Virus record (IMG/VR): IMGVR_UViG_3300013188_000002
Location: 1 to 52,544 of that record
Length of the DNA stretch: 52,544 nucleotides
Direction: 5' to 3' (one strand)
From: a virus
Taxonomy: Duplodnaviria; Caudoviricetes
Position 1 is the stretch's first letter, and each line of letters opens with the position of its first letter. The translations under genes were made by a program, and so were the position numbers. Below, one piece after another: positions 9,136 to 19,300 of the stretch. The notes below the pieces were generated by a model, which saw only the letters and a program-made list of their open reading frames with translations, was not told the origin of the DNA and did not search any database.

Positions 9136-10701
9136 ATGACAACTATCGCTATAAACCCGATGGTAGTATCCGTTAGCCCAAGTGCCGATGCTACCATTTC
9201 TCGTATTCAACCCACTATGCACGGCGGAGGCGGCGGCATTAAGAAAGTTATTGCGGTTGTTGCCGCAGTTGCCATTCCTATTGCAGCCCCGACCATTGCA
9301 GCGTCTATCGGACTTTCAGGTGCGATTGGTGCCGCTATTGGTACCTCAGCCGTTGCAGGCACAATAGGCGCTACAGTAGGTTCCGCGATTGTAGGCGCAG
9401 GACTTGGAGCTATTTCTGCTAAAGTAACAGGCCAAGATGTAAAACGCGGTGCTATTATGGGCGGTCTTAGCGGCGGTATTGCAGGATACTTTAGAGGAGC
9501 GCCTCAAACTCAGGCTACATCTGGTTCAGGCGTTAGCCCTACAGCAGCCGGTGAAGGATCTCAGCTTGGCACAGACCTGAGTAGTAGTTCACAACAGTTT
9601 GGCAATATTGGCCCTGGCGATCCTACTACTTTTGGCCCTGACGCAGTCAATCAGCCTCAAACACTTACAAACCTCAACGCTGGCACAACAGGTGGGGATG
9701 TAGCTTCGCAGCTATCTAACACTACCAACCCAAATATAATACAGACTAGCGCTGGTGGTGCAGGGAATGTAGCCCAAGGTGCGCAGAATCTAGCACAAGG
9801 TGGTGCAAATCTACAAGGTGCAGTAACAGGCACACAGGCAGCTCCTACAGCGCTGAGTCAACTTGGCCCTAACGCTAGCATTGGCGAAAAGTTTGTGGCC
9901 ACTATGAAAGACAGCGGCTCTGCTTTGGTTAATAAGTTTACTGATCCTGAGGCTCTTGCTAACGTTACTATGCAGGCCGGTGGTCAGCTACTTGGTACTG
10001 CACTAGCACCAGATCCAGAGATGCCGCCAGAGCAGCGTGAGCTGCTTGAGATGCGTAAGCAGGAACTTGCGGAGCTTAAACAGAAAGACGAAGCAGCGTT
10101 TAACGCACAGATGGATGCAGCTAAACAGTATCTACAGCAGGCTAAGCAGTATGATCCTACATACATGGCGTTCCAAGCAGCTAACAAAGAAGCCATTGAC
10201 CAGCAGCGTAAGCTGCGTGAGCAGTATCGTAGGGCAGCTCTTAGCGGTGGCCGTGATATTAGTGAAGCTGAAAAACGTCGTATGAGCCTAGATTCTGCGC
10301 GTCAGGTTAGCTCTGAGTATGACCGTGGATTCCAACAAGGTTTGTCAGCTCAGAACAAAGTGACACAAGCCGGTCTGTCTGCGATACCTAACTCAGCGCA
10401 GTTTGCTAACTACACCAACGCACTTCGCACACTACAAAGCGATGAAGGCAGGCTTGCTGAATACTACGCTGGCAAGTCGCAGGGTGCAGCTAAGAACATT
10501 TCTGATCTGTTTTCTAACTTTAACACTGAGACAGGCACAGGCGTTCAATACCAACGGCGCGGCGGGCAGGCTCCCAAAGCTCCTGTAACGAAAGGCGGTC
10601 TTCCTGACTCCGGTATTGAGAAAAAAGGCGGGCTAACTCTACCAGACGAAGACGAGAATGTGACTCCGTTCTACCAACCTGGTCAGTCATACGCGATATA
10701 A
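9136..10701 (+). CDS. Internal virion / DNA ejection protein
   Basis: Gly/Ala-rich hydrophobic N-terminal segments, low-complexity middle, coiled-coil C-terminus; SD GGAGG. Confidence 0.7.
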   Translation: MTTIAINPMVVSVSPSADATISRIQPTMHGGGGGIKKVIAVVAAVAIPIAAPTIAASIGLSGAIGAAIGTSAVAGTIGATVGSAIVGAGLGAISAKVTGQDVKRGAIMGGLSGGIAGYFRGAPQTQATSGSGVSPTAAGEGSQLGTDLSSSSQQFGNIGPGDPTTFGPDAVNQPQTLTNLNAGTTGGDVASQLSNTTNPNIIQTSAGGAGNVAQGAQNLAQGGANLQGAVTGTQAAPTALSQLGPNASIGEKFVATMKDSGSALVNKFTDPEALANVTMQAGGQLLGTALAPDPEMPPEQRELLEMRKQELAELKQKDEAAFNAQMDAAKQYLQQAKQYDPTYMAFQAANKEAIDQQRKLREQYRRAALSGGRDISEAEKRRMSLDSARQVSSEYDRGFQQGLSAQNKVTQAGLSAIPNSAQFANYTNALRTLQSDEGRLAEYYAGKSQGAAKNISDLFSNFNTETGTGVQYQRRGGQAPKAPVTKGGLPDSGIEKKGGLTLPDEDENVTPFYQPGQSYAI

Positions 10702-10713
10702 GGGGTAAGTCAG

Positions 10714-13350
10714 ATGGGATTGCTCGGAGATTTTGTAGGTAACACGCTAGGGCTTCAGTCGGGAGCGGATTACGCTTCCTCTGTTGAATCAGCTAGTAAG
10801 TTGCGTGCGCTACAGCGTAAAAATCAAGCTATTGCTGATATGCGAGACTTTGGGCAACCGTCGCAGTCAACTCCTATAAGCTCTGTAGAACCGTTTAATC
10901 CTGACGATTCCTCACTTAGCTTTGACAACCTGCAACAGCCAGGATTACGCAACATCCCCCCATCACCAAAGCCACCTGTTGATCAAGAAGGCGGCGTGGC
11001 ACAGGGTATGGATCAAGCGGATGAAGCTACTACCGAGCCTACACCTAAGCGCGATTCAAGTGGCAACATTATTATGGAGCCATCAGCAGATGGCCGTCTA
11101 GGTGACGCACCTACTCTTGATACACCTGATCCATACGAAAACCCAGCAAATGAATTTTCTTTGTTGCCTGATCTTGGGCCAGAGCTTCCAGACCTAAGCA
11201 CATATAACAAAGCTGCTCGCGCAGGCGAAGTAGCAAAGCGTAAGAATTTACAGACTTCTCTTACAGACATTATGAAGTCTGCAGGCATTCGACGTAAATC
11301 AGGTATCGGCTCGCGTAATATTACAAAGGAGCAAGGCGATGCATACAAATGGTGGTCTAGCGACAATGCTTTCCGGTTGTTCTACAACAATCCAAGGTTG
11401 CTTGATGAAGCTAGAAGAGATCCTATCGGATTTGCCAAGCGTTATTCAAGTCAGCAGCCTCAAAGAACTCAATCTGATATTGCTACTAATTCTGGAACTC
11501 GCACTAAAAAACTTATCGACGGGCGTATCGAGGGTCTAAAGACTCAGATTGATGGTGATAAAGTACAAGAAGTTTATAGAGCCGCCAATGAAATCGGTAT
11601 CGACCCGTTTGCTGCAATCGCAATTTTTGGTATTGAGTCTGACTTCGGACGAGCCAAAGGTGTAAGCGCTAAGGGTGCAGTCGGCGGTATGCAGGTTATG
11701 CCTGCGCAGTTTGACCGCCTAAAGAAATGGTTTGCTGACCCCGCCAACCTTGATCAAATTAAAAACGCGTTCCGTATGCCTAACGGCGAAGTAAACATGA
11801 AACGCGTAGAGTACGCAATCCAAACATTTTCTAACATGCAACAGCCTGGGTCTCGTGGCCGTGGCACTCCTAATGCCAACGTCTACGCTGGACTTGCGCA
11901 GCTAGTGTACAACAAAGCCATTGGGCTACCCAAAAACCTATGGGGTGCAGGCTATCAAGGTAACGCTAACGAAGTTTTAGCCGCAGGTCGCCCGCTTATG
12001 GTGGACGATGGTAACATTAGCAACTCTGATTACAATCGCGCCTATGTCTCACTATACAACCATATCCAACAAACCTATGGCGGAAAGCTAGCAGAAATAC
12101 AAACTCCGTATGGTATAGACCTCAACACGATTGCAGGGTCTGGCGTAGGCCAGCCTGTTATGACAGGAGAACCTGTTACAGATACAGATATCTCTACTCG
12201 CGTCGGTATGGGCGATTTAAGTCAGTCTATGCCTGCTGCGGGTCTTAATACAGGCCAAAAACAAACACAGACAAGCACCGATGGCTATGAGATTCGCCAA
12301 GAAGATGGCCCTGTAGTCTATAAAGACGGCAAGCCTGTGTTTAGATTTGCTGGCCCAGACGGCCAGAAAAGAGCTGAAGAATATATTGCAGGTGAGACGG
12401 GTACGGGATCTATCGCAAGCCCGTCAGTACAGCCTGATGAGAATACTATTACTCGGTTCCTTGAGAATCCGCCTAACATCGGCATTGAGATGAACAATCT
12501 CCTCAAGCAGCGCGAGCTTACAGTAAATTCCATTAACCGTCAGCTACAGCTAACCAATGAAAAAATTAACGCTGCAAATGCAAAAGCTGCTGAGTATGAC
12601 AGATATGCAGAGATTGCACTGGCTAACGGCCAGATTGCTGATTTTGAAAGATATAAGGGTCTAGCTCAGACCGAAGTTGATAACGCTAGAACTTTGCGTG
12701 ATGAATCTATTATAGCTAGAGACGGCAAACAGATTGAGATTTTACAGGGCGACAACAAGATGCTGCTGGTACAGGGTGCACAAGCACTGCGTGACCTATC
12801 GTATGGCTCTACCGCTCGCGCTGGCGCTGTTATGTCTGCCTTCACTGGGCTAGATATTAAGATACAACCACGGTCTGACGGCAAGTTTGACATCGTTGTA
12901 CAAGGTAACGTGCAGCAAACACTTACAAAGGCGCAGCTGTCAGACAGACTGCAGCGTACATATAGCCAAGCATACAGAGATAGCCAGACTAAGATCCTGA
13001 CAGAACGTCAGACATATCTGTTTGAAAAGTCTGTTGACCTTGAAGCTAAACTGGTTGAAGAACAGGCAAAATTCATAAACCAAATGAAGACTGATAAACT
13101 AAAATACCAAGCTGAAGCGTACCTTGAGAAGCTGAAGCAAATGGGCGGTGAGTTTAAGGCTTTGGGTAACGGCATGGCTCTTGTCCAGCAAGGCGGCCAG
13201 TTCTTCTTGGTCAACCCTACTAAGATAGTTAAAACTGCAGACGACGAAGCAGAAGAGCGGTTGGACGTACAGCCGATTGCATTACCACAAGCTATGGCGT
13301 TACTAAGTGGTGCGTCAAAAGGTGAAGATTTCGTAGCCGCGACAGAGTGA
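10714..13350 (+). CDS. Internal virion protein with lytic transglycosylase (SLT)-like domain
   Basis: GIDP....AIFGIESDFG...SAKGAVGGMQVMP matches the SLT catalytic-Glu and GxMQ motifs. Confidence 0.8.
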   Translation: MGLLGDFVGNTLGLQSGADYASSVESASKLRALQRKNQAIADMRDFGQPSQSTPISSVEPFNPDDSSLSFDNLQQPGLRNIPPSPKPPVDQEGGVAQGMDQADEATTEPTPKRDSSGNIIMEPSADGRLGDAPTLDTPDPYENPANEFSLLPDLGPELPDLSTYNKAARAGEVAKRKNLQTSLTDIMKSAGIRRKSGIGSRNITKEQGDAYKWWSSDNAFRLFYNNPRLLDEARRDPIGFAKRYSSQQPQRTQSDIATNSGTRTKKLIDGRIEGLKTQIDGDKVQEVYRAANEIGIDPFAAIAIFGIESDFGRAKGVSAKGAVGGMQVMPAQFDRLKKWFADPANLDQIKNAFRMPNGEVNMKRVEYAIQTFSNMQQPGSRGRGTPNANVYAGLAQLVYNKAIGLPKNLWGAGYQGNANEVLAAGRPLMVDDGNISNSDYNRAYVSLYNHIQQTYGGKLAEIQTPYGIDLNTIAGSGVGQPVMTGEPVTDTDISTRVGMGDLSQSMPAAGLNTGQKQTQTSTDGYEIRQEDGPVVYKDGKPVFRFAGPDGQKRAEEYIAGETGTGSIASPSVQPDENTITRFLENPPNIGIEMNNLLKQRELTVNSINRQLQLTNEKINAANAKAAEYDRYAEIALANGQIADFERYKGLAQTEVDNARTLRDESIIARDGKQIEILQGDNKMLLVQGAQALRDLSYGSTARAGAVMSAFTGLDIKIQPRSDGKFDIVVQGNVQQTLTKAQLSDRLQRTYSQAYRDSQTKILTERQTYLFEKSVDLEAKLVEEQAKFINQMKTDKLKYQAEAYLEKLKQMGGEFKALGNGMALVQQGGQFFLVNPTKIVKTADDEAEERLDVQPIALPQAMALLSGASKGEDFVAATE

Positions 13351-13357
13351 GGATAGT

Positions 13358-16300
13358 ATGGCAAAAGCAGGACTTAAATCTTTCGGAAGCCCTACACTCA
13401 GCGCGATGGATTTGGAGCCACTAGGCAACCCTTACGATGTTGCACCTGACATCGGGATGGGCAACCTCCTAGGTAGCAGGGAAGCTCTTACTAACGAAGC
13501 AGACAGTGTCTTTAATCAAGCCATGTCTCAGTTCTCTATGCCTGAGATGAAGCGGCCTGCGCCTACTGGCCCTAATGTTCTGTTCGATCCATCAGCTAAC
13601 AAGATGTTTGTAAACGGGTCGTTGTTTGACCTTGACGACGCTGACGCAGCCGTAAAATCCAAAGGTTTTTTAACTGGCCCGCGCCAAGAGCCGCCGTCAG
13701 GCAACTGGCAGCGTGTTACACCTGCTGAATATGGCAGGTACTATAAGTCTATTACTGACCCCACACTTAGCCGTAGATTCTCTGAGAACGTTGATATTGG
13801 TATGGCCAACCTGCGATCTTTGTTTGGCGCAGGTGCTGTATTGCTTGGCGCTGACGAATACGGCCTTGGGGTTATGGAGCGTGCAGATGAAGTTATCCGC
13901 AAAAAATCACCGTTTGCAGGTGAAGCTACAGACATCGGCTTTGGAGATGAAGATCTCGGCCCTGTAGAGTGGTTTGTAGGCGTACTGGGCGCACAAGGCC
14001 CGATGCTTCTTGAGACCATTGCTGCAGCAGGTGTAGGTTTTGTCCTAGGTTCTGCCACTGCAGGGCCAGGTTTGGGTTCCGCAGCAGGTACAGTCGGTGG
14101 CCTGTTTGGTAAGACAGCGTTTAAGAAAGCTGTAAAAGAAGCTGCAGAAGAATATGCAACAATTAAAGCTAGGGACGGCAAGGCAGCGGCCAAAGCCTTC
14201 CTGAAGACTGACAAGGGTAAGACGCTCAAGCGTGCGTCCGGTGCTGCAGGTGCCGTTGGCCTTAGCTATGTCAACAACTTTGGTATTGCATCGTCTGATG
14301 TGTACTCAGAGCTATTGGAGTCAGGCGTAGATGTAAACGATTTTAACGCTAAGATGACTGCACTTACAGCCGCAGTGCCATACGCTGCACTCGATACCAT
14401 CCCTGAGTTTGTCGTAGGTGCTAAGCTTTTTGGTGGGTTGCGTGCAGGATCAAAGGGCGGACGCTTGCGTCGTGGTGCTAAAGGTGCAGGAGTAGGTGCT
14501 GTCTTAGAAGGCACTACTGAAGCAGGCCAAGAAGGCATTATTATGGGTGCAACTAGCGCCTACACTGGACGCGAGTATGAAAGCGATGAGGTACTTAATC
14601 GACTGGTCAACTCCTTTGCCGCAGGCGCAGCTATTGGTGGCACCATTGGTAGTGTTACCAATCTAAAAACCAATAAGCCAGCTGACCTACTACAAGGCAC
14701 GGCTAATGAACAAGAAACACAACAGGATGAAGGCCCAGCGCAGACTGAAATGTTTGCAGAGGACACTGACTTTGGTACTGCTCCTGAGGTTGACCCAGAT
14801 ATAGCCGCACTACGCGCACAAGACGAGGCGCTAAGACAAGAGGTAGTGGCCGATCTTGAGTTGGATAGAGAAAATGAAGCTATTAGGCAGGAGATTGCAG
14901 GTGTGGCAAACATGCCACCAGCACCAGTCATCCCTGCACAACGAGAAGCTGAGATCCAAGAAGAAATAGGTCGCCGTGAGCGGGCAGAAGCCGACCGCCT
15001 AGACAGAACTATGGAGGCAGCGCAGCCTCTTTCTGACCGTACAGGTGGCGTGCAGCCTGACCAAGGTGATTTGTTTGCTCTTGATGGCCCTGCTTATACA
15101 CCCCCACCGGCTCCACCGGCTCCACCAACTCCTCCACAGCCTGTGGATAACGTTGTGGAAAGTATTGAGCAAGTTGCACAACAGCAACCACAAGCACAGC
15201 CAAACTTGTTGCAGCAACGTATGCAAGAAGCAGCGGCAAGACAGCGTGAGCAAGAAGCACAAGCTGAAGCTCGCAGACAGGAAGATGAACGCATAGAACG
15301 GAATAACCGCGAAGTCGAAAACGCACTGGCTTTACAGCAGGCGCAAAACGAAATCGCGGCTTATGAGGCGGAGCAGGCTGGCGTGACGCAGCCCGAACTT
15401 CCTCCCGTGGCAGCTCCGGTACAGACGAATAATCTCCCTACTGTACCAGTTCCTCCTGCTCCGCCTCGCCAGTTAAACTTGTTCCGTGGCCAAGTAAAGC
15501 TACCAAGAATATCTAAAGCGGAACAAAAAGCTATCAACAAAGCTAATCGTCTACGCCGCAAGCAAGAGCAAGAAGCACAGAAGGCAGCTGAAGAAGCAGC
15601 ACGCCCAATGACTCCAGCGGAAGCTCGTGCAGCAGGGCAAGGTATCCTACTTACACAGCGTGGCGAACCGTCAGTTGCTGCACTCAAGGCAGCGGGCACC
15701 GTAGCACCGACAACCACACCAGAACTTGTTCAGACAACACCTGCTGAAGAAGCCGTCGTTGCGCAGCAGCAAGAAATCAACAGGCTCCAGCAACAAGTAC
15801 AGGAGCTTTCTGCAGCTCGTACAGAGGAAAGCAGTTCCGCCGCTGAGTATAAAACTACTAAACAAGAGGAGTTTGACGTTGCTGAGCGCGGAATGCCTGC
15901 GCGAGAGCTTATGGGTCAGTATTGGCAAAATCAATGGAACAACGCTAATTCTATCGCAGAGGTAGATAAAGTTCTTGCCGATATGAAGCAAGTCAGAGAA
16001 GAGGTAACACAAAATGTACAAGAGCAAAGCACAGAAAACGTGGATGGAAGCGAACAGGCCAGACCTAGCGAAGCAGTTCGAAGCGGAAACACCCAAGAAC
16101 GCGCAGCTGCCGCAGTCGTTGAGTCCGAGAAGCGCCTCAGAGAAGCGGAGGATAGCAAGGCAGCTAGCCGCCCTGCGGAAACAGAAGCAGCCGTTCGGGA
16201 AGATAGCGGTCAACAAGGTGTACAGGAAGATAGCGTACAAGGGGGAACTCAGCTAGATCCAGACTCTGAGCAGGCCATCGCCGAAGAGCTAACCTATCAG

Positions 16301-19300
16301 TTTGATTTACAAGAAGCCATAGGGGAGCTACGTGGTATTGCTGTATCCCTGTTGGATTACGCATACTGGGCTGCTGCACCTAGTGGCACAAGTAACGCAG
16401 CAGATGACTACAGAGCTGCGCGGGCCACAGCTAAAGCCTATGTAGATAAAGCGTTTACAGACCCTGAGTATTTTACAGAAGCTCAACTAAAAATCTTAGA
16501 CGAACAGTTTGTTAAGTTTGCTACATATGAAACGGACACCCGCTCGTCTACGCAACCGTGGTTTGAGTATGCTGCACGTCGTGGTCTTGTAGAAAGAATC
16601 GCTAATCCTGACCCAAAGAAAGGTATAAGGATTACAGGTGCGCCGTACGAAAAGATGAGCAAGGCAGCAGCCAAGGCTGCTAACGTATCTCCGGCCCGCA
16701 GTGAAGACACCACAAACCTTAACGAAGCAGCGACAGCAGCTGATGGCAAAGTTACTGGCGGCGGTAGGTATTTCAAGATCGACGACAACACCGAGATCAC
16801 ACAGCCTCTGGATAAGCTGCGTGTAACTGCTATCGCAAAGAACGCTATCCGTAAGCTGAAGACCAAGCCCACTGTGACCGTGGTCAAAGACCAAAACGAT
16901 CTGCGTGAGAACCACCCAGAGCTATTCAAGCGGGCTATGGAGTCTCGTCCTAACGGCGACTTTGAGTTCACACCTGCTGGCGGTTTCTCTGTTGGCGATC
17001 AAGTCATTCTGTTCAGCGATAATATCAAGACCGAGAAGCAGGCTCGCTTCATCATTGCCCACGAAACTATGGGCCACTTTGGTCTGGGTGCTTTCTTAGG
17101 CAAACCGCAGCTAGAAACTGTGATGGATAACATCTATCAAGATGACTCTAGCGTACGAGTGAAAGCTGACCGCCGTATGGAAATGTACGGTGAAAGCAAA
17201 GCCGAAGCAGTTGAAGAAGTCATTGCCAATATGGCAGCTGACCTAGACGCACACCTTATCAAGCGGATCTGGTACGCCATCAAGGATGCTCTTGAGACTA
17301 TGGGCATGGAGTTTGAGGATAGTCTTGCCAGGTATATGCTAAGACAATCACGCAGGAACTTGTTGCAGGGTGGTAGCGGCCTTGTAAGTATGCAAGAGCT
17401 TAGCAAAAACTTAGAAAGTTTAAGAACTGACAACACGTTGGGGCGGTTTAATGTTGTTGACGACACTGCAAATGCCGCATCACGGGCGCTTTCGTCACAT
17501 GCCTACACCAAGCGTGCAGGCGATACAGGCGGACTGAAAGGTCTAGCACAGACATTCAAAAAGATTAAAGATGTAGAGAACATCCGCGACTTTAGTGTAT
17601 GGCTTGGCTCACTGGCTGAAAACGTGCAGTCACTGGACAATGCAGCTACCAGAAGTGACGGCCTGCAGCAGGTGTTTAACATCTTCCAAGCTAGAGCCAA
17701 CCGTTCACGCCGCCACCTCGCGACCTACGAGTCTATGACTTCGTACTCACATCAAGCGTTTAACGGGCCAACGAAAGAAGAACTAGAAAAAGCTGGCGAG
17801 CTTCTTGCCCATGCTGCACTACACAAGCAGGACATGATTACTGATGAGCAAATCAGAGACTTGTCAGTAGAAGTAGGCACTGATCAGAACGGCGATCCGA
17901 TTAAGGTAAGCGATCTCGTGGTTATGGAGAACGGTGTAGCTGGCATCAACCGTGAGCTGTTTGAAGCAGCAGTAGCGGCAGGCAATGTTACACGCGAACA
18001 GTTTGCTCAGGGACTTGCTGTTACTCTGGGCGACCAAGACCAGAAAGTATTTGCTACTCAAACCTATACACCAGCAGAAGCTATCACAGATAACGAGTGG
18101 CGCATCTACACCGAGCAACGCAAAGCAGTAAATCAAGCAGCACTGGATGTTGTTCGGTCTACAGTAGAGGGTGCAATCGCACAGAAAGATGCCACAATCA
18201 GCGGGTTCAAGAAAGCATACCGCATGTCAGACGCAGACACACAAGTCATGCGGCAGGTCATGGATCGGTATGTAGAGCTGTACCAGAAAGATGCACGCCA
18301 AGAAGGTGGAGCGTTCCAGTACAAAACCGAATCCGTAGAGAATGCAAGAGACTTCCTAAGAGAAATCAATCGTGCGCTATTTGTAAAAGACAAAGTGCAA
18401 GACTTCAAGCAAAGCAAAGGCGACGCAGCCAAGTTCCAAGGCCCAGAGTTCCAAGGTATCATTGATGGCCTGGATTCGCTGTCCGACAAAAACTACACAC
18501 AGAGCCAAGCTAACCGCATTACATCAGCTATTGGTAACTTGTACCTGCTGGATGTTCAGGTAGCTAACGCACAGTTTAACGCCAAGCGTACGATTATGAC
18601 ATCGTATGTACCATTTACTCGCCGTGGCGATCATCAGATCCGCCTTGCTGCTTTCAATGAGAATGGCGATATAGTTCAGCTAGATGAAGTTTGGAAAACT
18701 GTACTGCCATACTACCAAGCACAGGGTCGCGCTGATGCCAGAGAGATTGCAGCAAACTTAGACTCTGAGTTTAGCGACAGAGAGTTCAAGATTATGGACG
18801 CCAACGGGGTTGAGCAAACCGTAACCTTCCGAGCTGTGGCGGAGAAGTCTCGTAAAGGCTCAGTTCTAGGGCAGCAATTTAGTCTCAATGACTTCGTCAA
18901 TACATTGGCTCGTCTTGATGTGAACATAAACCCACAAGAACGTGAACGTATTGTGGAAGCTCTGACAGCGCAGACTCAACGTGCTCGTAGAAGTTTGCAG
19001 AGAGCAGGTGTTAGAGGGTGGGATCGTGATGTCATCCGTAGCACCTCAGAATATCTTGAGATGCAGGGCCACATTGCAGGTCAGGCTTTCTATCGCCACC
19101 GTCTCAATAACATCATGCTTACAGACAGCTTCTGGCGCGGTGACTACAAGCGAGTACAAGACTTGTTTGCTGAGACTCAACGAACAGACTTGTCTCCTGA
19201 AAAGCTACGTCAAGCGCAGACTGAGTACGATAAGTATGCCTACATGTATCAGTACATGGCAGGTGATGGTATGCCACAGGCTGTTAACCGCAAAACTGGC

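Noticed and set aside
18097-18465. 122-aa alternative-frame ORF in the giant gene
   Set aside because: No convincing SD; Arg/Ser/Cys-rich composition typical of a shadow frame, unlike 16014-16256
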